Shown in pieces: positions 1-9,877 of a DNA stretch of 64,000 nt. The notes under the pieces were generated by a model. It was not told the origin of the DNA. It did no database searches and saw only the letters and a list, made by a program, of their open reading frames with translations. A program made the position numbers and the translations under genes. Within the stretch, counting starts at the first letter, position 1, and every line of letters starts with the position of its first letter. The stretch spans positions 117-64,116 of the forward strand of contig JAFTII010000020.1 of the NCBI GenBank assembly GCA_017457005.1, given 5' to 3'. This DNA is from Alphaproteobacteria bacterium. GTDB lineage: Bacteria > Pseudomonadota > Alphaproteobacteria > RF32 > CAG-239.

Positions 1-130
1 AGCAAAGCTAATAATATTACTCCGAACCTGAACATTATCCTATCCTTGTAATTATTTAATTACAGAATAGCATATTAAAAATGAAGTGTCAAATCTTTAT
101 TGAGCGTGGTGGACGAATTGAAAATAGCTA

Positions 131-544
131 TTACTTATTAATTTCAAATAACTTTAATCTTACATAGTCTCTTCGCGGTTGAGAAACGTTGTCTTGTTGT
201 AAATATTGTTCCAGTAAATCTCTTATTTCCTGACTATATTTAGGACGCCCGGCAGCAATATTTACTATTGCATGAACTGCCGCTCTGAATATCTGGTCAT
301 CTTCCACTTGCAATTGGTCTGCCAAAATCAAATATGGCGGAGTATAGCTGTCATTCTTCTTTAATAAACTGTAATCATAAGAATTCTTTTGTATTTTTTG
401 CGCAATTTTCTTAGAAATATCATTATCTTTAGCACGACTGCGCCAGACAATTCCTCTTCCGGTTGCTGCTACTAATTTACGAATTCTGTTTAAGATACCT
501 TTTTGGGGTGTATCAGCCATTACTACCTCATTATTTTTCTTCAA
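131..544 (-). CDS. hypothetical protein (137 aa)
   Basis: Intact ORF, last in a same-strand string behind the M23 peptidase gene. Its start overlaps the end of the upstream ORF. No recognisable motif. Confidence 0.5.
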   Translation of the reverse strand: MKKNNEVVMADTPQKGILNRIRKLVAATGRGIVWRSRAKDNDISKKIAQKIQKNSYDYSLLKKNDSYTPPYLILADQLQVEDDQIFRAAVHAIVNIAAGRPKYSQEIRDLLEQYLQQDNVSQPRRDYVRLKLFEINK

Positions 545-965
545 CTATGCCGGTATATTTTATATATTTTTTATACTTATTAATAACCTTTTGGACTTCG
601 GCCATGATGCCTTTTTTCTCTTCGCAAGTTTTGCTGTCTTCATGCCAAACGCCCCCTTTCTCTTCACATTCAATACGCGGACGATTGGTATATTGATAAT
701 AAGCATAAAAAACAGCTCCGGATAATAAGAATATCACTATCAATACGATAAAGTGCTTCAAAATAAATAAAATAAACCACGCTGTTATGATAGCTAATAC
801 AATTAATTTATTTAAAGCCGGATTATTATTCAATACATATCCCTGAAAACCGAAATATAACACTCCTAACAAACATAATGCAGTTAACGGATTATGTATC
901 AACCAACTCAGTACTTTTTTCAGTTTGCTGTTTTTTTCTGAATTATCTTCACTCATTATACACAC
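531..965 (-). CDS. hypothetical membrane protein (144 aa)
   Basis: Three hydrophobic helices (LTALCLLGVLYFGF, LIVLAIITAWFILFIL, IVLIVIFLLSGAVFYAYY), then a short Cys-containing tail (CEEKGGVWHEDSKTCEEKKG). Confidence 0.5.
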   Translation of the reverse strand: MCIMSEDNSEKNSKLKKVLSWLIHNPLTALCLLGVLYFGFQGYVLNNNPALNKLIVLAIITAWFILFILKHFIVLIVIFLLSGAVFYAYYQYTNRPRIECEEKGGVWHEDSKTCEEKKGIMAEVQKVINKYKKYIKYTGIVEEK

Positions 966-970
966 TCCCT

Positions 971-1633
971 TTAAGAGTTATTCGCTAAAATCGGGGTTAT
1001 TTTTTTTATAATATTATCAATTACATTTTCAACATTTACGGAGTTTGTTTCTTTGGTAATATTTATTTCCGTATTAAATGAATAATCACTATCACTTAAA
1101 GCCTCGGCTTTTAGGAAGCCTATAATTTCAAGAGCTTGTTCCAAATCATGAGAAACCAACATTAGAGGAGCTTTTGCTCTTTCTAATTTCAGATATATCT
1201 TATCAGCAAAATAATCTTGCTTAATATTTAATCCTAAATATCCTAAATTGCCGATTTCTTTATAAATGCAGGCTGTACTTTCTTGAGAAAGATTGATGAT
1301 AAATTTTATTCCGATCGTTAATGCTACATACGGAGCGTATTCTTTTAGGGCTTTACTTTTATCCTTGACCTTAAAAATGACGGCATCAATTTTGGAATCG
1401 GTAAGGCAAGACTCTACAAATAAGGCAACTGCAAACCAATTATTGGAAAAATTATAACTGCTATTGCGAACAATAACTATTCTATGATCAGAATATGTCA
1501 TAAAAAAATCATGAGCATATTGACGATATTCTTTCCATGTTGCGGCTGAAAATGATGATACATCAAAAACCGGACGTTTTTCCTGTAAGAATTCATCATT
1601 ATCATTGCCATCAATTATAACTTCTATCATCAA
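971..1633 (-). CDS. hypothetical protein (220 aa)
   Basis: Intact ORF 14 nt downstream of the M23 peptidase gene on the same strand. No recognisable motif. Confidence 0.55.
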   Translation of the reverse strand: MMIEVIIDGNDNDEFLQEKRPVFDVSSFSAATWKEYRQYAHDFFMTYSDHRIVIVRNSSYNFSNNWFAVALFVESCLTDSKIDAVIFKVKDKSKALKEYAPYVALTIGIKFIINLSQESTACIYKEIGNLGYLGLNIKQDYFADKIYLKLERAKAPLMLVSHDLEQALEIIGFLKAEALSDSDYSFNTEINITKETNSVNVENVIDNIIKKITPILANNS

Positions 1634-1646
1634 TATTCTCTAATGG

Positions 1647-3065
1647 TTATTTTTGTGCTACTTTATTACTTTCTTTTTTAGCAAACATAGATTTGTAATT
1701 ATTATGTAAATCAGTTACCATTTTTTTGAAGTTTGCCAAATTAGTTCCACTCAAGTTTTCTCCGGTAGATGCTCTAATAGTACGAGGATTTACTCGTCTT
1801 CCGTTTTGGATAACCTCATAGTGCAAGTGAGGTCCGGTAGAACGACCGGTGCTACCGACATAAGCAATAACTTGTCCTTGTTTAACTCTTACACCGGGGC
1901 GAATCCCTTTAGCAAAACCTTTCATGTGTCCATAAGCTGTAGAAAACTCCGAATTATGGCGAATCTTAATGTAATTACCATAAGAGCCATTATATTTAGC
2001 AACTTGGACAACCCCGTCCCCACCGGCAAAAATTGGTGTGCCACTGGGAGCTGCATAGTCAACCCCCCAGTGAATCTTAGTACGGCGCAAAATAGGATGA
2101 TAGCGCTTTCCAAACGGAGATGATATACGTGCGTTACGCATGGCAAGAGGTTTTTTATCCAAAGTCTTTTTAAGAGCCATGCCCTTTTCCGTATAATAAT
2201 CCGTACCGCCATTTTTATCCTTAAAACGATACATGGCAATTTTATCATTTCGCAAAATAAGTGCCGCATACAAAACATCACCAGATTTAACGACCTTACC
2301 TTCCGAATCGATGTAATTTTCATATATTATTTCAAATTTATCTCCTTTGCGAACATCACGGCGGAAATCCACCCCATAGGCAAAAATAGAAATAAAATTA
2401 TGAACAACCCGATTAGGAACTCCGCCATCTTGCATGGATATTGAAAGGCTACCATCAATTTCTCCGGTTGCACTATTAATTTCTTTAACCAGCTCTTGTT
2501 TGATGTCTGATACTTCATATATGCTTTGCTCATTGAGAGTGGCGACGATTTTTTGCCCGATGGTCGGTTCAATGATAAAACTGTTCAAACGAACAAATTT
2601 ACCATCACTGTTATTTACGGTAATATTTGCGTGTAGCTTTTGCCCTACTCGCAAATTTTTGGGATCATAATGTTTTTTTAGCGCATAAAATAAGTCGTTT
2701 GCCTTGGCTCGGTCAAGCCCTAAGTCGGTAAATACGGAGATAAGAGTATCCCCTTTTTGCACAATAATTTCTTTATCTATATTTTTTTGACGCACCAAAT
2801 TATTTACCAAAGCAAACAATGAACGAATATTTTCCGCAGTTTCTTCAGGATAGATGGTTTTGGCATCAGAAATACTTTGTGCAATAGAGTTCTCTATCAT
2901 TAAATAGTTAGTATCTTTATCTGAAGAAACAGAAGCCTCAACGGCATTGTTATTGGTGAGTGACAGAATAAATGCAAAAACGACCGCACAAGCATACCCG
3001 ATTACAATCATCTTACGCTTGCTGCGACTACGAATATTAACACTAATGTAACGCCCTATTTGCAT
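1647..3065 (-). CDS. M23 family metallopeptidase with N-terminal membrane anchor
   Basis: M23 motifs HWGVDYAAP (HxxxD) and GPHLHYEV (HxH). LysM/OapA-like segment IVQKGDTLISVF. N-terminal TM helix. Confidence 0.85.
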   Translation of the reverse strand: MQIGRYISVNIRSRSKRKMIVIGYACAVVFAFILSLTNNNAVEASVSSDKDTNYLMIENSIAQSISDAKTIYPEETAENIRSLFALVNNLVRQKNIDKEIIVQKGDTLISVFTDLGLDRAKANDLFYALKKHYDPKNLRVGQKLHANITVNNSDGKFVRLNSFIIEPTIGQKIVATLNEQSIYEVSDIKQELVKEINSATGEIDGSLSISMQDGGVPNRVVHNFISIFAYGVDFRRDVRKGDKFEIIYENYIDSEGKVVKSGDVLYAALILRNDKIAMYRFKDKNGGTDYYTEKGMALKKTLDKKPLAMRNARISSPFGKRYHPILRRTKIHWGVDYAAPSGTPIFAGGDGVVQVAKYNGSYGNYIKIRHNSEFSTAYGHMKGFAKGIRPGVRVKQGQVIAYVGSTGRSTGPHLHYEVIQNGRRVNPRTIRASTGENLSGTNLANFKKMVTDLHNNYKSMFAKKESNKVAQK

Positions 3066-3209
3066 AATTACCTGCCTAAAAAGTGATTACCATCCATCCG
3101 ATAATATTTTTTTATGAACAAAATATAAAGAAAATTATAGCTCAGATGTGTATAAATACGGATTATAATATAAAATTGTAAAAAAAATTATAATTAATAA
3201 AAAAAATAC

Positions 3210-3238
3210 TTGCTTTTATTTTTTTTGTTGGTTATAAG
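3210..3238 (+). promoter_or_regulatory. sigma70-like promoter for tRNA-Asp (TTGCTT-N17-TATAAG)
   Basis: Hexamers read directly, 17-nt spacer, about 13 nt upstream of the tRNA 5' end. Confidence 0.4.
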
Positions 3239-3251
3239 GTTATTCGTTGTT

Positions 3252-3328
3252 GGGGGTGTAGCTCAGTTGGTTAGAGCGCCTGCCTGTCACGCAGGAGGTC
3301 GCGAGTTCGAGCCTCGTCACTCCCGCCA
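3252..3328 (+). tRNA. tRNA-Asp (GUC)
   Basis: Cloverleaf folded by hand. Acceptor GGGGGTG/CACTCCC, D arm GCTC-AGTTGGTTA-GAGC, anticodon loop CTGTCAC, T arm GCGAG-TTCGAGC-CTCGT, encoded CCA. Confidence 0.95.
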
Positions 3329-3333
3329 GTTTG

Positions 3334-3368
3334 AAAAAAGTGCCTATTTCAGGCACTTTTTTGTTTTT
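3334..3368 (+). terminator. intrinsic terminator after tRNA-Asp
   Basis: Hairpin gtgcct/aggcac followed by a T-run. Confidence 0.7.
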
Positions 3369-3473
3369 AAAAATTTACATAAAAAATAGTTAATAACAAC
3401 TTTCGTAAAATTCTTGTTTTTGAAACCGGTAGTGTTATAGTGCAGTTAAACTTTTAGTATTTATGAGGAAAAA

Positions 3474-4079
3474 ATGTTAGGAACGTTTGATTTTCAACAA
3501 TTTGTCAGTGCTTTTTTTGTATTGTTCGCTATTATTGATGTTATCGGATCCATTCCGATATTTATATCTCTACAAAAGCGCCATCGCAAAATTTATGCCG
3601 GAAAAGCAACCATCCTATCTCTATTAATGTTTATTATTTTCTTCTTTATCGGAGAAGCTTTTCTGCAATTGTTCAGTGTGGATATTGCCTCCTTTGCCAT
3701 TGCCGGTTCTTTGATTATTTTTGTAATGGCATTGGAGATGATATTGGACATCCAAATTTTTCAAGATCCTGAAGATGCCCCTAAAGATTCCACTTTTTTC
3801 CCGATTGTATTCCCTTTGATTGCCGGTGCCGGTGCGTTGACAACCTTGATTTCCATTCGCTCACAATATGACAACATAAATATTGCTTTAGCGGTATTGG
3901 CTAATATGGTGATAATCTATACCGTGCTGAAATTAACCAAGAAAATTGACAAATATATAAGTGCAGGTATCCTTTATATGGTCAGAAAATTTTTTGGAAT
4001 AATCCTGTTGGCGATTTCCGTCAAATTATTTACCAGCAATTTAACTTATATGATAGAAACATATATCAGCAGACAATAA
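3474..4079 (+). CDS. MarC family (UPF0056) integral membrane protein
   Basis: About 200 aa with 6 TM helices. The N-terminus FVSAFFVLFAIIDVIGSIPIFISL is typical of the MarC/NAAT family. Confidence 0.75.
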   Translation: MLGTFDFQQFVSAFFVLFAIIDVIGSIPIFISLQKRHRKIYAGKATILSLLMFIIFFFIGEAFLQLFSVDIASFAIAGSLIIFVMALEMILDIQIFQDPEDAPKDSTFFPIVFPLIAGAGALTTLISIRSQYDNINIALAVLANMVIIYTVLKLTKKIDKYISAGILYMVRKFFGIILLAISVKLFTSNLTYMIETYISRQ

Positions 4080-4081
4080 AC

Positions 4082-4789
4082 TTATGAGCTACTGCGTAAT
4101 AAACAATGTTGCGCAAAACTATAATAGTCATTCTTACTTATCACTAAATGGTCAAGTAAACGTATGTTTATGGATTCACATGCCTCATCTATGCGTTCTG
4201 TCATCGCAATATCTGATTTTGAGGGCTGAACATTGCCGGAAGGATGATTGTGAACCATTATAATGGCAGATGCACGATTGTTCATAGCGGCCTTTATTAC
4301 CTCTCGGGGATGAATAGCAACACTGTTTATTGTGCCTTTTTGCATTATCTCTTGCCCGATAACATGTAATTTGGTATCCAGATAAATCAGACGAAACTCC
4401 TCAATATCAGAATAGCACATACATGCACGGCAATAATCTATCAAAGAATCAATATTTAATATTACCGGTCCTTCTTGAGATTGAAGATTTTGCCATGCTG
4501 TACGTTGTAAAGCTGAATTTATAATCTTTAAAACCGTAACCGTGTTTTCTTTGATACCATTAATTGCACACAGGTCTTCTTTGTTGGCATTTATAACTCC
4601 AGAGAAATTGCCAAAACGAGAAATAAGAGTTTTGGCCAAAGGTTTTACATCACGACGAGGTATTGCTATAGTCAAAACCAGTTCAAGCAATTCATAATCA
4701 GCCATATCTTTGCCTTCTCCCAGCAAGAATCTTTGCCGAAGACGTTCCCTATGTCCCAAATAATCCGGTTGTGTTTCTGATATTTTCAT
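4082..4789 (-). CDS. radC: RadC-family JAB/MPN domain protein
   Basis: C-terminal JAMM motif HNHPSG..PS..D. N-terminal HhH-like region. Length typical of RadC. Confidence 0.85.
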   Translation of the reverse strand: MKISETQPDYLGHRERLRQRFLLGEGKDMADYELLELVLTIAIPRRDVKPLAKTLISRFGNFSGVINANKEDLCAINGIKENTVTVLKIINSALQRTAWQNLQSQEGPVILNIDSLIDYCRACMCYSDIEEFRLIYLDTKLHVIGQEIMQKGTINSVAIHPREVIKAAMNNRASAIIMVHNHPSGNVQPSKSDIAMTERIDEACESINIRLLDHLVISKNDYYSFAQHCLLRSSS

Positions 4790-4803
4790 TTAGTCCCTTA
4801 ACT

Positions 4804-5610
4804 CTATAATTTATATGGCGGCTTATCTAAACCTTGCGGAGAAAACGTAAATACTTCACAGCCATCTTTTGTCACAGCCAAAGAATGCTCAAACTGTGCA
4901 GATAAGGTTTTATCTCTTGTTACCGCCGTCCATCCGTTGGGCAAAATTATACCATCAGGTTTACCTATATTTATCATCGGCTCAATCGTGAAAAACATAC
5001 CCTCTTCCAATAATGCCCCCGTTCCTTTACGACCACAGTGCATAACATTAGGCTCATCATGAAAAACTTGTCCCAAACCATGACCGCAAAACATATCAAC
5101 GACAGAATAACCGTATTTATGAGCATATTCTTCAATAACCGCACCAATATCACCTAATCTGGCTCCGGGGCGAACGACATCTATTCCTCTCATCAGACAT
5201 TCATAGGTAACCTCGCATAATCTCTTGGCTTTGATTTTAGGAGTTCCGACATAATACATCCTGCTGGTATCTCCATACCAGCCATCCACAATTACGGTAA
5301 CATCTATATTTACGATATCTCCGTCAGCCAATTTGCGTTCATAATCAGGAATTCCATGGCAAATAACATGATTTATGGATATGCAGGTTGATTTAGGATA
5401 ACCACGATAACCTAAACATGCGGGAACTGCGCCGCGGTTAATTATAAAGTTATAGCATAAGTCATCTAATTCGCCGGTAGTAACACCGATATTTACATAA
5501 GGGGTTATATAATCAAGACATTCTGCAGCCAATTTTCCTGCGACTCTCATGCCGGCAAAATCAGCCATATCATCATGGATAGTTATTCCGTCTTTACGTT
5601 TGTATGCCAC
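4804..5610 (-). CDS. map: type I methionine aminopeptidase
   Basis: Typical MetAP-I blocks: GYRGYPKS.CISINHVICHGIP, DIVNIDVTV..DGWYGDTSRMY, FCGHGLG..FHE, FTIEPM. Confidence 0.9.
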   Translation of the reverse strand: MAYKRKDGITIHDDMADFAGMRVAGKLAAECLDYITPYVNIGVTTGELDDLCYNFIINRGAVPACLGYRGYPKSTCISINHVICHGIPDYERKLADGDIVNIDVTVIVDGWYGDTSRMYYVGTPKIKAKRLCEVTYECLMRGIDVVRPGARLGDIGAVIEEYAHKYGYSVVDMFCGHGLGQVFHDEPNVMHCGRKGTGALLEEGMFFTIEPMINIGKPDGIILPNGWTAVTRDKTLSAQFEHSLAVTKDGCEVFTFSPQGLDKPPYKL

Positions 5611-5623
5611 AACAAATCCTTTC

Positions 5624-6346
5624 TTAGTATAAAACAGGTATATTATTTGATAGTGTTACACTCATTTTATTTATATTGCAACCATATCCTATAAAATTAA
5701 GTCCGTTTTTTGCTTCCTCAAAAATCTTACCGGCAGCCAAAGGCGACAGTTTCCAACTAAAATGAATGCTATGACAATCAGAACGAGGAACTATCATAAA
5801 AATACAGGTTTTATGACCTTGCATACGCAATTGCTCCATTTCCTCAAACATTTCCAACTCAAAAAAATTGATTTCTGAAGGAAAAAACACATCTGCACCA
5901 ATTTTTTTGTATATATTGGTTATGAAAACAAAGCACTTTTCCCCACGAGAATTACTGAGTTCAAAGTCTATATGGGCTAATTTATCAGATGCACCTATAC
6001 GATGATATCGGTTATAATCCGAAAACTCCGGAATGCTTCCGTTATCAAATGCTTCTGCAAATAAATCATTATTATGATTCGGCTGCGCATAAACAAGCTT
6101 ATTATCCTGAACAATAAATTCAATCTCGTATTCTAAATGTAAGTTTTTGTTTTTTCTTTTGCCGATATAAACCATAGTACCGGGATGGCACATTTCAGCC
6201 ACATCATAACAAGAGCAAAATGCAGAAACAATGCTTTTGTCATTCAGTTTTACGTCTATAATCAGTCGGTTATATTTGCCGACAACTTCTGCTATTTCCA
6301 AATTATCAGTTATTTGCAAAGTTACAATCTCCTTTGATAACAACAA
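5624..6346 (-). CDS. sfsA: SfsA-like protein (divergent)
   Basis: Colinear by eye with E. coli SfsA: KYNRLIIDV~RYKRFLADV, PGTMVYI~PGDTVWY, HIDFEL~RIDFML. The ExK-type nuclease block is not conserved (FVFITNIY). Confidence 0.55.
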   Translation of the reverse strand: MLLSKEIVTLQITDNLEIAEVVGKYNRLIIDVKLNDKSIVSAFCSCYDVAEMCHPGTMVYIGKRKNKNLHLEYEIEFIVQDNKLVYAQPNHNNDLFAEAFDNGSIPEFSDYNRYHRIGASDKLAHIDFELSNSRGEKCFVFITNIYKKIGADVFFPSEINFFELEMFEEMEQLRMQGHKTCIFMIVPRSDCHSIHFSWKLSPLAAGKIFEEAKNGLNFIGYGCNINKMSVTLSNNIPVLY

Positions 6347-6473
6347 AATATTATATTATTTTCTTATTTTGGCAAGAATAACTATTGTTTTTTTGCAAAA
6401 AATTACTAGACAGTAACTTAAGTTTGCTTTATGTATTATAAGCTAAATGTTTTTGGATTTTGGGAATATTACA

Positions 6474-9104
6474 ATGAAAACAACAGTTAATGAAATAAGA
6501 AATACTTTTTTGAACTATTTTGCTAAAAACGGTCATAAGATAATTCCGTCTTCATCTTTAGTACCGAATAATGACCCGACTTTGATGTTTACAAATTCGG
6601 GCATGGTGCAATTTAAAAATATATTTACCGGTAATGAAACAGCTCCTTACAAAAGAGCGACAACTTCCCAAAAATCCGTTCGTGCCGGTGGAAAACATAA
6701 TGATCTTGACAGTGTCGGATATGATGTCAGACACCATACTTTCTTTGAAATGCTCGGGAACTTCTCTTTCGGTGATTATTTTAAAGAAGAAGCCATTGCT
6801 TATGCTTGGGAATTGGTTACTAAAGAATTTTGTTTACCTAAAGATAAATTGGCGGTTACGGTGTTTCATACCGATGAAGTTTCCAGAAATATTTGGCGAA
6901 AAGTATCAGGATTGCCTGAGGACAGAATTATAGGTATTAAGACTAAAGATAACTTTTGGCAAATGGGCGATACCGGTCCTTGCGGTTATTGCTCAGAAAT
7001 CTTCTATGACCATGGCGAGCATGTATGGGGAGGTCTCCCCGGCACTCCGGAAGAAGATGGCGATCGTTGGATTGAAATTTGGAATTTGGTTTTTGATGAA
7101 TTTGAAGACTTACCAGATGGAAGCAGAATTGACCTAAAACAAAAATGTATTGATACCGGTATGGGATTGGAAAGAATATCTGCGATTTTGCAAGGTGTGC
7201 ATTCTAATTATGAAATTGATTTATTCCAAAATTTAATCGGAGAGATAGCTAATATTGCCAATTCTGATCCTAAAGGAAAACTGCAATCTTCTCATAATGT
7301 TATTGCTGACCATTTACGTTCTTCAGCTTTTCTGATTGCTGACGGTGTCCTACCTTCTAATGAAGGGCGCGGATATGTGTTGCGCCGTATTATGAGACGA
7401 GCAATGCGCCATATACACCTTTTAGGTGTAAATGAGCCGATGATGTATAAACTCCTCCCTGCCCTGCAAAAAGAAATGGGAGAAGCTTATCCGGAATTAT
7501 ATAACGCAGAAGCGTTGATAAAAGATACCATAAAAACCGAAGAAGAACGTTTCATCAAAACCATGGACAGAGGACTTAAACTCTTAGATGAAGAAACTGC
7601 CAACTTAAAAGCCGGAGATATATTGGATGGAGAAACCGCATTTAAACTTTATGATACATACGGTTTCCCGTTAGATTTAACTCAAGATGCACTAAAAATT
7701 AAAGAAATCAGCGTAGATACGGAAGGATTTAACGTTGCTATGGAACGCCAAAAAGCTGAAGCTCGTAAAAATTGGGCCGGATCAGGCGATACCGGAACCG
7801 ATAAAATTTGGTTTGAGCTTCAGGATAAGTTGGGCGGAACAGAATTTTTGGGCTACACAACTCTCAAAGCTGATTGCCAAGTTACCGCCTTGGTTCAGGA
7901 TAACCAAGAAGTAAATGAAATAAATAGCGGTAAATTTTTCCTTATTGCCAACCAAACACCTTTTTACGGAGAAATGGGCGGACAAGTCGGCGATAAGGGA
8001 AAAATCTACGGAAAAGATTTGGAAATTGAAGTAACCGATACCAAAAAGAAACTTGATGGTCTTTATGTTCATGTTTGTAATTTGATTAAAGGCAACATTA
8101 AAACCGGTGCTACCGCTACTTTTGAGGTTGATAAGCAAACTCGCAATGCAATAGAAGGCAACCATACCGTTACCCACCTTTTGCATAAGGCCTTACAGCT
8201 TAAATACGGCAAAAGTGTTACCCAAAAAGGCTCTATGGTGGCCGCAGAAAGAATGCGTTTTGATATTGCTTACAATAAACAAATTCCGGAAAATGAAATC
8301 AGAGATTTAGAAAATGAAGTTAATCGGATGATCAGAGCCAATCATAAGGTTGAAACCAAGATTATGTCTCAGGAAGATGCTATTAATTCAGGAGCAATGG
8401 CTTTATTTGGCGAAAAATACGGCAATGAAGTAAGAGTAGTATGTGTCGGAGACGGATTATCTACAGAATTATGTGGAGGCACTCATGTAAGGCAAACCGG
8501 CGATATAGGATATTTCAATATCGTATCAGAATCGGCAATTGCGGCAGGAGTAAGACGCTTGGAATGCGTGACCGGTGAAATGGCTGAAAAATATAATCAA
8601 GATATTGAGGATAAGTTGCATCGTGTCGGTCAATGTCTAAAAGCAAGTTTTGGAGATATTGAGGCACGAATAAGCCAATTATTGGAAGAAAAGAAAGACT
8701 TAGAAACAAAATTGTTTGAATTAAAAAAGAAATTTGTAAGCAACAAAGCTGCTGATAATCCAAATAATTTTGAAAACATAAACGGAATCAAGTTTGTCGG
8801 GAAGATACTTGAAAATATTACATCTAAGGAACTAAAAGCTTTTGTTGATGAGATAAAAGCTCAGTATCCTGACAACTTAGTGGTGTCGCTTTTCAGTATC
8901 AACGAAGATAAGGTATCGGTTGTAATCGGTGTAAGCCAAGATCTGACTTCTAAACTATCCGCAGTTGATATAATAAAATCTATTGCGCCGTTGGTTGGCG
9001 CTCAAGGAGGCGGTGGACGTCCGGATATGGCTCAAACCGGCGGAGCAGATACCTCTCAACTGGATAAGGCAGTGGAAGCCATAAGACAATTTGTAAAAAA
9101 ATAA
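6474..9104 (+). CDS. alaS: alanine--tRNA ligase
   Basis: Class II AlaRS N-terminus MKTTVNEIRNTFLNYFAKNGH..SSSLVP.NDPTLMFTNSGM. Editing-domain HxxxH (HTVTHLLH) and CGGTH. Start taken at the internal Met that matches the family N-terminus. Confidence 0.95.
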   Translation: MKTTVNEIRNTFLNYFAKNGHKIIPSSSLVPNNDPTLMFTNSGMVQFKNIFTGNETAPYKRATTSQKSVRAGGKHNDLDSVGYDVRHHTFFEMLGNFSFGDYFKEEAIAYAWELVTKEFCLPKDKLAVTVFHTDEVSRNIWRKVSGLPEDRIIGIKTKDNFWQMGDTGPCGYCSEIFYDHGEHVWGGLPGTPEEDGDRWIEIWNLVFDEFEDLPDGSRIDLKQKCIDTGMGLERISAILQGVHSNYEIDLFQNLIGEIANIANSDPKGKLQSSHNVIADHLRSSAFLIADGVLPSNEGRGYVLRRIMRRAMRHIHLLGVNEPMMYKLLPALQKEMGEAYPELYNAEALIKDTIKTEEERFIKTMDRGLKLLDEETANLKAGDILDGETAFKLYDTYGFPLDLTQDALKIKEISVDTEGFNVAMERQKAEARKNWAGSGDTGTDKIWFELQDKLGGTEFLGYTTLKADCQVTALVQDNQEVNEINSGKFFLIANQTPFYGEMGGQVGDKGKIYGKDLEIEVTDTKKKLDGLYVHVCNLIKGNIKTGATATFEVDKQTRNAIEGNHTVTHLLHKALQLKYGKSVTQKGSMVAAERMRFDIAYNKQIPENEIRDLENEVNRMIRANHKVETKIMSQEDAINSGAMALFGEKYGNEVRVVCVGDGLSTELCGGTHVRQTGDIGYFNIVSESAIAAGVRRLECVTGEMAEKYNQDIEDKLHRVGQCLKASFGDIEARISQLLEEKKDLETKLFELKKKFVSNKAADNPNNFENINGIKFVGKILENITSKELKAFVDEIKAQYPDNLVVSLFSINEDKVSVVIGVSQDLTSKLSAVDIIKSIAPLVGAQGGGGRPDMAQTGGADTSQLDKAVEAIRQFVKK

Positions 9105-9120
9105 TTCGGAGAGTTAATAA

Positions 9121-9828
9121 ATGTATAGATATTTGCTATGGCGATTAGCTCCGTTTTATGTTATCGCCCTGATATGCGAATTTCTGTCTTTTGGAATTTT
9201 GCTTGCTGTTGAGCAAAGTGTTGTAGATTGGTCTTTTTTGGCAATGATAAAAACTATCGGTGTGCTGCTTAAGACAACTACAATTGCTTTTTTATATATT
9301 ATGCTGCCATATATGACATATTTGTGTATGTTACCCAATAAATATATAAACTCAAAGTTTGATAAAAACCTGACAATGATTGTTTTTGCTGCTTTTGTAT
9401 TTTATACATTTTTTGAAGAGACAATGTCTTTGGTTTATTGGAATAATTTTTCGGCAGCATTTAACTCTGAAGTTGTGGAATATGTTTTGGACTTAAATGA
9501 AGTCATTGCTTCCTTGAGCAATAATTATATATTTTTTGCATATATTTTGGCTCTATTTGCCCTAACGCATTGGGTAGTAATAAAAAGCAAATGTTTTTTA
9601 TGGCAAAAATCGCTTAACTTCAGTCTTGCCAAAAGAATTATTTATTGGTTGATATATTTTGCCAGTTGCTTACTAATATTCTTTAATTGCAATGATGATG
9701 AGCTTAAAATAGACGAAAACCAAATCAATAATGAACTATCAAAAGATGGAACTTATAGCTTGGGACGCTCTTTTTGGAATAATAAAACTGATATTTATAA
9801 AGTTTATATATTAAAAAAGTCAAATTAA
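9121..9828 (+). CDS. multi-TM protein resembling only the N-terminal membrane domain of LTA-synthase/sulfatase-family enzymes (possibly a truncated gene)
   Basis: Five or so TM helices ending in NELSKDGTYSLGRSFWNN..DIYKVY. From memory this resembles the linker just before the sulfatase catalytic domain. No catalytic domain follows. Confidence 0.45.
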   Translation: MYRYLLWRLAPFYVIALICEFLSFGILLAVEQSVVDWSFLAMIKTIGVLLKTTTIAFLYIMLPYMTYLCMLPNKYINSKFDKNLTMIVFAAFVFYTFFEETMSLVYWNNFSAAFNSEVVEYVLDLNEVIASLSNNYIFFAYILALFALTHWVVIKSKCFLWQKSLNFSLAKRIIYWLIYFASCLLIFFNCNDDELKIDENQINNELSKDGTYSLGRSFWNNKTDIYKVYILKKSN

Positions 9829-9842
9829 TTACAAAAAATATA

Positions 9843-9871
9843 TTGACAAAATTTCCTAAATATGTTTTATA
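9843..9871 (+). promoter_or_regulatory. promoter of structured RNA unit 1 (TTGACA-N17-TTTATA)
   Basis: Consensus -35. Near-identical to the 22-nt copy at 10296. Confidence 0.5.
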
Positions 9872-9877
9872 TACGTC

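Noticed and set aside
1806-2670. ORFs 1806-2123 (+), 1922-2323 (-), 2327-2572 (-) and 2434-2670 (+) inside the M23 peptidase gene
   Set aside because: They lie wholly within a confidently identified 472-aa gene and have no independent support.
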